From: Candidatus Heimdallarchaeum aukensis
GTDB taxonomy: Archaea > Asgardarchaeota > Heimdallarchaeia > Heimdallarchaeales > Heimdallarchaeaceae
DNA length: 64,000 nucleotides
Direction of reading: 5' to 3'
Assembly: GCA_021513695.1 (NCBI GenBank)
Contig: CP084166.1
Location: 1,568,001-1,632,000, forward strand
The notes below the pieces were generated by a model. The model saw only the letters and a program-made list of their open reading frames with translations, was not told where the DNA came from and did not search any database. Shown piece by piece: positions 18,835 to 27,168 of the stretch (positions within the stretch are counted from its first letter, which is position 1; every line of letters starts with the position of its first letter). Made by a program: the position numbers and the translations under genes.

Positions 18835-19452
18835 GTGAGTAAAATGTTTGGAAACTTTATGAGATGGTTATTAGGAACTCAAAAATCAAGTAGAGACCAT
18901 ATAGTAAACCTTAAACTAACTATTCGCAGACTAGAAAGAGCTCAAAGGAAACTGGAGAGAGATGAATCAAGAATACAACTAAAAATGCGAACAGCTATTC
19001 AGCGTGGTGATTTAGAAGGTGCCCGTCTTTATGCTACAGATATTGTTCGTTCTCGTAAGTGGGTTTTAGGTTACCAGCGTTTAGTTTCTCGTATTAATGG
19101 TCTTATTTTTAAACTAGAACGAGCTGATTCTGCTGCTAACTTGGCAGCTGAAATGCATTCTATTGCAGGAGCTCTTCGACAAGCTAACGCTCAATTAAAT
19201 GTTCCTGATTTAGATCATGTTATTCAAGACATGGAACGTAGTATTGATGGAATTGAGGATTCAACTGAAACAATTGAAGATGGAATTGATGATCTTCTTA
19301 TTGCTGATACCGACCCAGCTGAAGTCGATAGGTTAATTGACCAAACAGCTACAGAGATGGGTGTTAGTGTAGGAGGAGAACTCCCTTCAGTAAGCGCTGT
19401 TGCAACAGACGATCTCGAGGAAGAGATTCAAAAATTAAGGAAAAAAGAGTAA
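18835..19452 (+). CDS. ESCRT-III, Vps2/24/46 (CHMP1-3)-like Snf7-family protein
   Basis: By-eye alignment to CHMP2: ARLYATDIVRSRKWV vs VRIMAKDLVRTRRYV, and MGVSVGGELPSVS vs LGLSLTDELSNLPS. The C-terminal MIM-like DLEEEIQKLRKKE matches DLEERLKNLRRD. Confidence 0.85.
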   Translation: MSKMFGNFMRWLLGTQKSSRDHIVNLKLTIRRLERAQRKLERDESRIQLKMRTAIQRGDLEGARLYATDIVRSRKWVLGYQRLVSRINGLIFKLERADSAANLAAEMHSIAGALRQANAQLNVPDLDHVIQDMERSIDGIEDSTETIEDGIDDLLIADTDPAEVDRLIDQTATEMGVSVGGELPSVSAVATDDLEEEIQKLRKKE

Positions 19453-19456
19453 ATAT

Positions 19457-19462
19457 GAGGTG
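19457..19462 (+). promoter_or_regulatory. Shine-Dalgarno-like GAGGTG before the second ESCRT-III gene
   Basis: GAGGTG lies 5 nt upstream of the ATG at 19468, and only 15 nt separate the two ESCRT-III genes. Confidence 0.45.
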
Positions 19463-19467
19463 TTTAT

Positions 19468-20127
19468 ATGGGTATGAAAAACTGGTTATTTGGAACCAAA
19501 CGCAAGGATGATGCTGAAGCTTTAGCTACACTCAAAGCTCAGATCAATCGATATGAGCACGAGTCCCGCAATTTAGAACGTCAAGCTGATGAACAAAAAT
19601 CTTTAGCTGCTAAGATGTTAAAGTCGGGTAATAAAGCTGGAGCTAAACAAGCTCTTAAGCGTCGAGCTATTTATATGAAACGTTTAAATCAGGTTCAAAA
19701 TATGCTAATGAACCTTCAGAGTCAGATTGATAGTATTCAAACTGCAACCTCTACTGTTGAAACAGTAAAGGCAATGGAGTTAGGTACGAAAGTTGTCAAG
19801 ACGAAGATGCAAGAAGTTGATGTAGAGAAAACTGAACGTGTAATGGATGAAGTTATGAGTCAACGTGATGAAATTGAAATGATGACAGAAGCTTTATCTG
19901 ATACTGCACTAAGTGAGAGCATTTTAGATTACGAAGATGATGTCGCAATTGATGATCAACTTGCTCAATTAGAAGCCGAGATGAATCTTGGTAAAACAGA
20001 AGAATTACCAGATCTTTCAGATCTTCCTTCAACTCCATCAGAAAAACCGACTGAAAAAGAAGAAGATACTTCTGACCTTGAAGCCGAATTAGCTTCTCTT
20101 AAGAAGAAGTTAAGTGATGACAAATAA
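19468..20127 (+). CDS. ESCRT-III, Vps20/32/60 (Snf7/CHMP4)-like protein
   Basis: AKQALKRRAIYMKRLNQVQNMLMNLQSQIDSIQTA aligns by eye with CHMP4 ALQALKRKKRYEKQLAQIDGTLSTIEFQREALENA. The C-terminus is acidic with a terminal amphipathic helix (DLEAELASLKKKL). Confidence 0.85.
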   Translation: MGMKNWLFGTKRKDDAEALATLKAQINRYEHESRNLERQADEQKSLAAKMLKSGNKAGAKQALKRRAIYMKRLNQVQNMLMNLQSQIDSIQTATSTVETVKAMELGTKVVKTKMQEVDVEKTERVMDEVMSQRDEIEMMTEALSDTALSESILDYEDDVAIDDQLAQLEAEMNLGKTEELPDLSDLPSTPSEKPTEKEEDTSDLEAELASLKKKLSDDK

Positions 20128-20254
20128 TAATAATCAAATTCTTTTTTCAATTCTTTTTTTCATCATTTTAGAAACGAACAGTTTTTTAACGATAATGATG
20201 TTACTAGTTTAGTAATTCAATTAATAGGATTATTCAGTTAGAGAGGTTAAAGAA

Positions 20255-21400
20255 TTGAGCGCGCAAGGACTGATTGAACACGCACGTAAATTTGCAAAAA
20301 AAGCTTATGAACTTGATAAGGCAAAACAATACAATGAGGCAATACCACTTTATCTCGACGCTGCAGAAGCTCTAATGAAAGCAATAAAATTTGAAAGAAA
20401 TCCACAAGTGGGAAAGACATTAAAGAAAAAAGCAGAGATGTACATTGAACGAGCAAAAGATCTAAAAGAAATTATTGAGAAAAAAGCTGAAAAGGGGGCA
20501 GAAACAGGGTCAGACGAAGAATCTGATAAATTAGAAGGAGCAATTAGCGATATCATAGTTACAGAAAAGCCATCAGTTACTTTGGATGATATTGCAGGAC
20601 TAGAAGAAGCAAAACGGAATCTTCGAGAAGCAATAGTGTTACCTCTTGTAAGACCAGACTTATTTAGTGGTGCAAGAAGACCATGGAAAGGGATTTTACT
20701 TTTTGGCCCCCCAGGATGTGGAAAAACTCTTTTAGCAAAAGCAACAGCTGCAGAAGTAGAAGCTACGTTTTTTAATGTTAGTGCGTCCGCGGTTATATCC
20801 AAATGGTTAGGAGAATCTGAAAAATTAGTTAATACATTATTTAAAATTGCTCGTGAAAGGCAACCAAGTATAATTTTCATAGATGAAGTAGATGCTCTTA
20901 CCGGAGCACGTGGTGGCGAGCATGATGCTATGCGCAGAGTTAAAACTGAATTATTAACTTCTATGGATGGTTTATCTAGCTCTGCTCAAGATCGTCTTGT
21001 AGTTATTGGGGCTACTAACCTTCCTGAGTCTATTGATGGAGCTTTTCGCCGTCGTTTTGAGCGTCGTATTTACATTAAGCTTCCAGATTTTGAAGCGCGT
21101 AAAGCTATCTTTCAACTAAATGTCAAAGGAGTGGACTTAGCTCCCGATGTTGATTTTGAATCTTTAGCAGAGATTACAGAAGGTTATTCTGGAGCAGATA
21201 TTGCTATGGTTTGTCGCGATGCTATTATGACTCCTATTCGTGAACTTGATTTATCAGGAGACATTCATGACCCCAATATTAAAGCCAGACCAGTTACACA
21301 AAAAGATTTTCTTGAGTCTATTCAGTCAGTTAATCCTTCTGTAAGTGCAGAAGAAATCGAGAAATATGAGAAATGGAATGAAGAATTTGGTTCAGCGTAA
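20255..21400 (+). CDS. vps4: Vps4-like AAA+ ATPase with N-terminal MIT domain
   Basis: MIT-like helices AKKAYELDKAKQYNEAIPLYLDAAEALMKAIKFERNP. Walker A GPPGCGKT and Walker B IIFIDEVD. The C-terminal helix EEIEKYEKWNEEFG matches the Vps4 pattern. TTG start preceded by GAGAGGT. Confidence 0.95.
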   Translation: MSAQGLIEHARKFAKKAYELDKAKQYNEAIPLYLDAAEALMKAIKFERNPQVGKTLKKKAEMYIERAKDLKEIIEKKAEKGAETGSDEESDKLEGAISDIIVTEKPSVTLDDIAGLEEAKRNLREAIVLPLVRPDLFSGARRPWKGILLFGPPGCGKTLLAKATAAEVEATFFNVSASAVISKWLGESEKLVNTLFKIARERQPSIIFIDEVDALTGARGGEHDAMRRVKTELLTSMDGLSSSAQDRLVVIGATNLPESIDGAFRRRFERRIYIKLPDFEARKAIFQLNVKGVDLAPDVDFESLAEITEGYSGADIAMVCRDAIMTPIRELDLSGDIHDPNIKARPVTQKDFLESIQSVNPSVSAEEIEKYEKWNEEFGSA

Positions 21401-21412
21401 AAGGGTGTTTTT

Positions 21413-21433
21413 ATGATTTACCTTTTTACGTAA
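21413..21433. repeat. Left terminal inverted repeat of element B
   Basis: ATGATTTACCTTTTTACGTAA. The reverse complement of 23311-23331 is ATGATTTACTATTTTACATAA. Confidence 0.7.
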
Positions 21434-21707
21434 GTTTTTCGCACTCGGTCTTTCAAGGGAGAAAACAGGAGTTTCATCACTTGATAACTCAACCACAACA
21501 TACAATGAAAGGAAACGTGGTTAAGACAGACGTCATACACGAATCGTGGGAATCATAAAGAAGGAAAAGAAAAAAGTAAGAAAGGAGAAAAGAAAGGAGG
21601 TTATCTCCTTCTTTATTCTACTTTCTTTTCTTTCCTTCACTCCACGAGAGACGAAAAAACAAACAAATAATCCTCTAACAAGAGAGAATGTAAGTTTATA
21701 TTTTCAT
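21413..21707 (-). ncRNA. Candidate omega-RNA/reRNA scaffold of element B (decayed copy)
   Basis: The non-coding stretch between the tnpB stop and the element end shares conserved blocks with copy A. The CTTAACC/GGTTGAG helix at 21488-94/21519-25 stays paired only in the tnpB-sense RNA, through a U-G wobble. Confidence 0.3.
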
Positions 21708-23161
21708 CTACTGGGGCTGCAACCAATGGCTGAGCCCTTGGCAAACAGTGAAATGAGTGAGACTAAATTTACGACCAGTGAGTAGATCAGTAATAGTTGT
21801 TGCACGGGGGCGGAAAAGAGAACTAAGGAGCAGACGAGCGATATTCATTGCTCCTGTTAGATCAGAGTGGAAGGTGTAATTGCAAGAGGGACAATAAACT
21901 AACCCTCTAACGGGGCGGGTAACTTTTTTTCCGCAACGGGCACAGTGAGATGATGTTCCTCTTTCCTCTATCGTCAGAATTCGGTGAGAGGGAAAACCTC
22001 TAAGTATTAGTGCACGACGGATAAAAGAAAGAACAAGAGCATAGTTCCACTGGTGAAGTTTTCTTCGTGACTTGCGATTAGTTACTCCCTTATTTTTTTC
22101 TCGTCGAATGTATTTAGGATAACCTATAACAACGAAAAGATTATAGATCCGAGCATAAACCTCTATTGTCCACACGATAGCACTTACAAATTGATTGATA
22201 TACGCTCGTCTGACGTTTCTATACCTCCGACGGAGACGTTTGAGAAAACGGTAAACTTGGTGTTTTTTACCCGATTGGTCGTTTAAAGCTGCTTTCCTCT
22301 GAAGACGGGAAAGTTTGAGTTTATATCGATGATTAACTTTATTCCACTGTTTGGTATACTAGAACTTTATTTCTTTACTTGTTACCTTCTTTTTCGGGGT
22401 CAGTAGCACTTCTACCGCAGGAATGTTTATCCCTAGATCTATTCCCAGCACAGCTGGGGGAAGAAAAGAAGAGTCAGAAGAAAGATTATCTCCCTGAAGG
22501 AAAGAAGAAGGAAGAACTTTTGAATGAAAATATATCCACCATTCACGTGTAGAACGTTTGTATCTTATTTCTAAACTTTTTACTCTTTCTTTAATTCTTT
22601 TTGATGAAACTCGCTCATCTCTAAAGGTAACCACAATCGCTGATGAAAACGTGTTTTTCTTTTCCACCTATCTAACGAGTCTCGTATTCCTACCCACCAA
22701 CGAGAAAGAGTGTTATTCTTATCTTTTGGTAGATGGACGAGGATGAACCTTTTTTTATTAATTAATTGTCTTCTTGCTCTCTTTCTTGGAGGACGAGTAT
22801 TGTTAGGTCTATATCCTTGCTCATATAGTTGCACAGCTATATCTCTACATTCTTGAAACTCATCGTGAGAACAATAGGGAAACATTTTCTTCATATCGTG
22901 AGGAACAGTCGTTCTTCTTTCTTCCTCTTTTTTTACTCTCGAGGTCGTTAATGTCAATTCGTCTAATTTTCCTTTATGTACTTTTATTTTCCCTTCTTTT
23001 GCTTTAATACCTATTTTTTTTCTGTTATGGTGTATAATTCTCACATACTTTTCTATTATTCTAGTATCTCTCCCCGTTATTCTCCTTAACTTTTCTTTTT
23101 TTCTCGTCGTCAATACTTCATTCTTCACTCTCACCTTTAACGTTTTGACGACGTCCTCCAT
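21708..23161 (-). pseudogene. tnpB: tnpB pseudogene (frameshift plus premature stop)
   Basis: Three track ORFs (22580-23161, 22359-22667, 21708-22175) together reproduce the 484-aa copy-A protein. There is an indel near 22585-22595 relative to copy A. TGG became TAG at 22359-22361 (KFWYTKQ in A, KF*YTKQ here). Confidence 0.85.
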
Positions 23162-23310
23162 CCTTTTTTTCTCCTCTTATTTTACTCTCTCTTTTTTTCT
23201 ATTTTTTTCTCTTCTTTTACTTCTTCTCTTCCTCATTATACTTTTTTTCCCTATAAAAAGTCCTTTCTTTTCTTTTTTTCTCATTATTCTTCCTCAATTT
23301 TTATATAAAG

Positions 23311-23331
23311 TTATGTAAAATAGTAAATCAT
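23311..23331. repeat. Right terminal inverted repeat of element B
   Basis: See 21413-21433. The terminal ..TCAT abuts a G, so the first ATG of the next ORF (23330) is built from the element end. Confidence 0.7.
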
Positions 23332-24130
23332 GGCTACAATGGAAAAACAAAAAGATAATGAATTTGAGCAAATTGATCTTGAAAAATTGAAAGAAGAAAA
23401 GAAAATATCAGAAGATAAGCTTAAGCTTATTGAAGCCAGTATTAAGGGATTAAAAGTTTCAGAAGAAGAACTGAAGTCCACGAAACCTATTGTTAGAGAA
23501 GAAGCAAGATTAGAACTAACAGAAGACACAAAGACGAAGCTAATTAAAGAATTTGAGCAAAGTTTACCTGATTGGGTTAACAAGCCTTGGATGTATGTCA
23601 CCCCAAAAAAGGCAAATCAAGTTGAGTCTTGGTTAGACAGTTGGTCATCAGTCATGCTTGATTATACAAAGAAATTTGTTATTCATATTGTTAATGTCAA
23701 TTCTCTTAGAGAAACTTATCCTTTTTGTAATAAGAAAATAAGAAAAGAACTTACCATCGATCAAATTCGTGATATCATCGATTTTCTTGAAACAAAGGGT
23801 TTTGCTCTTTGGATAAATGATAGGACAAAATTCTTTGAGAAACTTTTTGCAAAGATACTTGGAAAACCTTTAACAAAAAAGATCCGTGCAAAGATAGAAT
23901 GGAAAACAAAAGAAGAATTTGCTGAAGATTTACTTAAATGGATGATTGAAACCGGTAGAGTAGTTGAAGTTCACTCTTTATATGATTTAACAAAATATGA
24001 ACAACCCTGGTCTTCTTTACCTTCAGATGATTTAATCCATGTATGCAATTTACTCGTAGAAAAAGGTTCTGCTAGATGGTTAAATAGAGAAAGAACTATA
24101 ATTTCCTTTGAAGCAACAAAGGTATTCTAA
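23330..24130 (+). CDS. Vps25-like ESCRT-II subunit (two winged-helix domains) with a charged N-terminal extension
   Basis: The C-terminal 170 aa align by eye with human EAP20/Vps25: VESWLDSWSSVMLDYTKKF vs QLAAWCSLVLSFCRLH, DIIDFLETKGFALWIND vs VLEELRKKGNLEWLDK, and WKTKEEFAEDLLKWMIETGRVVEVHSLYDL vs WRRPEEWGKLIYQWVSRSGQNNSVFTLYEL. The native start may be the ATG at 23339. Confidence 0.7.
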   Translation: MATMEKQKDNEFEQIDLEKLKEEKKISEDKLKLIEASIKGLKVSEEELKSTKPIVREEARLELTEDTKTKLIKEFEQSLPDWVNKPWMYVTPKKANQVESWLDSWSSVMLDYTKKFVIHIVNVNSLRETYPFCNKKIRKELTIDQIRDIIDFLETKGFALWINDRTKFFEKLFAKILGKPLTKKIRAKIEWKTKEEFAEDLLKWMIETGRVVEVHSLYDLTKYEQPWSSLPSDDLIHVCNLLVEKGSARWLNRERTIISFEATKVF

Positions 24131-24183
24131 CTTTAATTTTTATTTTAATTTTATTTATTTACTATTTTTTGTGATGTAATGCT

Positions 24184-24621
24184 ATGTTTAAAAATTATAT
24201 ATTGAATAGACTTTTGAGATTTATGTCTTTAGACGATGAAGAATTACAAAGGATTCGAGAAAAAAAGGCACAACAACTTAGGCAAATTTTAGAACAGAGA
24301 AAATCAAAAATGGAACAACTTAAACAAGAGGAAACAGCGCCAAAAAGCATTACAAAAGAGGACAAGTATCGTTTAATGAATTATTTTCTAACTGATGACG
24401 CTTTTTCTTATTGGAAGAGTCTATATGAAAATCCACAAAAGCATAATACAGCAGAAACAATTTTCATTAATTTGCTCTATCTGATTAAGATTGGTTTTAT
24501 GGAAGGAAAACTTATCTCTCTTCTAGGAATTAAAAAATTAGAAAGAAAAATAGATAATATTCCTTCTAAAATCACAATAAAGAGAAAAGGAGAAAAAGAA
24601 AGATCCAAAGTTTTGGATTAA
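24184..24621 (+). CDS. PDCD5/TFAR19-like double-stranded-DNA-binding family protein
   Basis: DDEELQRIREKKAQQLRQ..., then a helical core (LMNYFLTDDAFSYWKSLYENPQKHNTAETIFINLLYLIKIGFMEGKLIS...KITIKRKG). These parallel PDCD5 (ELEALRRQRLAELQ ... [41 protein letters not shown] ... VKFNRR). The start may be Met14. Confidence 0.6.
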   Translation: MFKNYILNRLLRFMSLDDEELQRIREKKAQQLRQILEQRKSKMEQLKQEETAPKSITKEDKYRLMNYFLTDDAFSYWKSLYENPQKHNTAETIFINLLYLIKIGFMEGKLISLLGIKKLERKIDNIPSKITIKRKGEKERSKVLD

Positions 24622-24697
24622 TAATTGACTTTTACTTATTAGGTTACATTTATTTAGGATAATGAAAATAAAGTATTAGAAAGGAGCTGATGGATAA

Positions 24698-24934
24698 ATG
24701 AAGTTGAGTATTGTTACCGCAATAGGAGGAGGTCTTTTAGAATTAGATGTTGATAGCCATCAAACAATTGCACAACTTAAAAGAGAAGTTTCAAGAATTA
24801 AAAAGATACCTGCAAATACAGTTATTTTGGTTCATCATGGTCAACAGTTAGATGATGGTGAAACAATTAAGAGTTGCGGATTACAAGAAGGAGATAAACT
24901 CTATCTAATTGCAAGAACAAAAGGTGGACTTTAG
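24698..24934 (+). CDS. Ubiquitin-like beta-grasp protein ending ...RTKGG-L
   Basis: 78 aa. The pattern matches ubiquitin (TIAQLKREVSRIKKIPANTVILVHHGQQLDDGETIKSCGLQEGDKLYLIARTKGGL vs [55 protein letters not shown]). AGGAG lies upstream of the ATG. Confidence 0.85.
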   Translation: MKLSIVTAIGGGLLELDVDSHQTIAQLKREVSRIKKIPANTVILVHHGQQLDDGETIKSCGLQEGDKLYLIARTKGGL

Positions 24935-25009
24935 CTTTTCTATTTCAAAATTTTTTTAGAAGAATAGAAACTGTTTTATTACTTCTAAAAGATATTTTTG
25001 TGAAAGTGG

Positions 25010-26014
25010 ATGTCTAAAGAAGGTAGATATGCGAGACAGACTCTCATACCTGGTTGGAATCAGAAGAAACTCAACAAATCAACAGTTATTATTGTTGGTG
25101 TGGGAGCAATTGGATCATATGTATCAACGATTTTAGCTTCTTCAGGAGTAAAAAATCTCATTCTAATTGATTTTGATACTATTGAAATCTCTAATCTTAA
25201 TCGTCAATTACTATTTCGGGATGGAGATATTGGAAAATCCAAATCTGAAATTGCAGCTATGCGATTATCGGAACTAAATCCAGATATTAACATTACCTTT
25301 CATCATAAGAAGATGCAAGATTTACCTATTTCTATTTACAAAAAAGCAGATGTCATTGTGGCTTGTCTTGATACCTTCATTGGAAGAAGATGGATAAATT
25401 CACTTGCTGTAAAAATAAACAAACCTTTAATTTTAGGTGGAATGTTTGCTTTTCTAGGAGATGTTCAAGTTGTTTTACCAAAAAAAACTGCTTGCTTTGA
25501 TTGTCAACCTTTAGTTGCAGAAAGAGAACTTGCGCAAGCTTGTACTCCATTCGGAGAAGAAAGGAAGAAAAACAGAGAAGAAAAAGAGGATGAAGCGAAA
25601 TTACCATCTGTAGCCACATTGTCTGCGATTATCGGAGGAATTATGGCACAAGAAGCCTTAAAACTTCTTTTAGACATAGGTGAACCAATCAAGAATTATC
25701 TTTTCTATGATGGATTACATAATGCAACAACAATAATTGAACTTGCAAGAAGAAAAAAAGATTGTCCAACTTGTGGAGAACTATATGAGTTGGAACAAGT
25801 CGAATTTGTGGTAAATAAAGATAATACCGTCAAAGAACTATTAATCCAATTAGGTTTACAATTCGGACTTGAGAGCCCAGACATTATGATTAAAGGGAGG
25901 ATACTCCCTCACGATTCAAAAATCCAAGAACTAGGTATAAAAAATAACATGAAGGTTTTTGTAATGGACAAAAATTTAGCTTCACCAATCAAGTTAAAGT
26001 TAAAGATTGAGTGA
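25010..26014 (+). CDS. E1-like ubiquitin-activating enzyme (ThiF/MoeB fold) with C-terminal beta-grasp/UFD-like domain
   Basis: Rossmann motif VGVGAIGSYV, then DFDTIEISNLNRQLLF. Zinc-type cysteine pairs CFDC and CPTC. A charged crossover-loop insert (EERKKNREEKEDEAK) follows ACTPF. The last ~70 aa (VKELLIQLGLQFGL...MKVFVMDK) look like a beta-grasp domain. Confidence 0.85.
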   Translation: MSKEGRYARQTLIPGWNQKKLNKSTVIIVGVGAIGSYVSTILASSGVKNLILIDFDTIEISNLNRQLLFRDGDIGKSKSEIAAMRLSELNPDINITFHHKKMQDLPISIYKKADVIVACLDTFIGRRWINSLAVKINKPLILGGMFAFLGDVQVVLPKKTACFDCQPLVAERELAQACTPFGEERKKNREEKEDEAKLPSVATLSAIIGGIMAQEALKLLLDIGEPIKNYLFYDGLHNATTIIELARRKKDCPTCGELYELEQVEFVVNKDNTVKELLIQLGLQFGLESPDIMIKGRILPHDSKIQELGIKNNMKVFVMDKNLASPIKLKLKIE

Positions 26015-26025
26015 AAAAAGAAAAT

Positions 26026-26751
26026 TTAGGTGTGTGACAGTCCAGGGAAATAATATTTAGTTCCTTCAGCATAGGAACTATCTACTCTTGCTATACCATT
26101 TTCTTCAAAAAATGATAAGCAACGATTAATTCTTTCCTCTGCCCACCCTGTTCTAAGTAATAGATCTTCTTTTGTTACAAATCCTGTTCTTGAAGCAATG
26201 TTTAATATTACATCATGGTCGGGACTGAATTCAACAGGAGCAAATTCTACTAGTTTCACTCCAGATTCTAAAACTTTGAAAGGTGGAATTAATTTTGAAT
26301 TTATGAGTTTCTCTAATGAACGATACAAGTCATCAATTGTAACTAGTTTTCCAGGTCTAGTTTTATTTAATTGGGTAAACAATTCACCTACAGACATTAT
26401 ACCTCCATTTTCTTCTATAAGTTTTTGACCCAAATCCATGATTTCGTTTGCTAAAACATCATAGAAACCTTTTCCTGTTAATCTATCTTTTAGAGTTGGA
26501 GCTTCTTTCCATTCATATCTCCCTATTTCTGTAGGTAAGCCTAGTTCTTCTCGCAGGCCAGCAAGTTTTTCATAATATTCTTTATTTTCAACTATTTTAT
26601 CACCATATTTCTTTTCAAATTTCTTTAGTTGCTTTTTAACTTGTTTAATATTTTCCAACATTTGTTCTAATTCTTTTATCATTAATTCGGCTTCTTTAAC
26701 TTGGAAAGCTGACTTCACTTTTAATTTCTTTTCAATATCTCTTAAGCCCAA
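26026..26751 (-). CDS. EAP30-domain ESCRT-II subunit (Vps22/Vps36-like)
   Basis: By-eye alignment to SNF8/EAP30: FYDVLANEIMDLGQKLIEENGGIMSVGELFTQL vs [33 protein letters not shown], and DHDVILNIASRTGFVTKEDL...W..ER....L..FEENGIARVD vs DHTVVLQLAEKNGYVTVSEI...W..ER....L..LLKEGLAWLD. An N-terminal coiled coil is present. Confidence 0.8.
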   Translation of the reverse strand: MGLRDIEKKLKVKSAFQVKEAELMIKELEQMLENIKQVKKQLKKFEKKYGDKIVENKEYYEKLAGLREELGLPTEIGRYEWKEAPTLKDRLTGKGFYDVLANEIMDLGQKLIEENGGIMSVGELFTQLNKTRPGKLVTIDDLYRSLEKLINSKLIPPFKVLESGVKLVEFAPVEFSPDHDVILNIASRTGFVTKEDLLLRTGWAEERINRCLSFFEENGIARVDSSYAEGTKYYFPGLSHT

Positions 26752-26823
26752 CTTTAATCACTATTTTTTATTTGTCAGTGAGATATAAAAAATATACTAT
26801 TTAATTTCGCAATTAGCTTAGAG

Positions 26824-27132
26824 TTAAAAAAGGAGAGGAAGTCTTCTAATCCACTCTTTAATTGAATTCATAAGCTTTTTAGATTCATTTGGAGGAAGAA
26901 AAGCTGCTAGTTTGTCTTTATAGTTTTTGTATAGTTTTTGATAAACGCTGTCCATTTCATCAACAATTGAATCATTTACCAAATTGATTTTTTTAACAAG
27001 ATGTTTTATCTCTTCCAACTCTTCTAAGATGTATGAACAGTCAATTTTTATTTCTAAGAGATCCATCAACTCGAATAAACTATCTTTTGCTTTATTATAG
27101 GTATTTTCTAAAGATTTTCTCCTAGAAATCAT
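26824..27132 (-). CDS. Small all-helical protein (102 aa) between the ESCRT-I-like and ESCRT-II genes
   Basis: Heptad-like, charged helical sequence. It has its own SD-like GAGGAG 6 nt upstream of the ATG. No family recognised. Confidence 0.5.
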   Translation of the reverse strand: MISRRKSLENTYNKAKDSLFELMDLLEIKIDCSYILEELEEIKHLVKKINLVNDSIVDEMDSVYQKLYKNYKDKLAAFLPPNESKKLMNSIKEWIRRLPLLF

Positions 27133-27168
27133 GTTTACTCCTCTAAAAAGGCTGGATAAAAGATAGGA

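Larger units (their letters stand above)
21413..23331 (-). mobile_element. Degenerate TnpB-only insertion element (copy B), same family as 32913-34803
   Basis: Collinear, highly similar by eye to copy A over its whole length. It is bounded by inverted termini ATGATTTACCTTTTTACGTAA (21413-21433) and TTATGTAAAATAGTAAATCAT (23311-23331), 18 of 21 complementary. It is inserted between the vps4 stop (21400) and the next ESCRT gene. Confidence 0.8.

Noticed and set aside
20350-20880. A 176-aa minus-strand ORF inside vps4. Similar long antisense ORFs occur at 14560-14955 in hutI, 39091-39666 in proS, 32038-32538 in the esterase gene, 28812-29153 in the GTPase gene, and 15794-16057 at the thermosome start.
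   Set aside because: Each lies fully within a strongly supported gene on the other strand and has low-complexity, Ser/Phe/Ile-rich translations. This is typical antisense noise in AT-rich genomes.
21546-21785. A 79-aa plus-strand ORF (MGIIKKEKKKVRKEKRKE...) in the element B 3' region. ORFs at 62279-62741 and 63394-63649 around element C are similar.
   Set aside because: These are translations of homopurine/homopyrimidine tracts (poly-Lys/Glu or poly-Phe/Leu/Ser). They overlap tnpB or its leader, and the reading frame is not conserved between IS copies.
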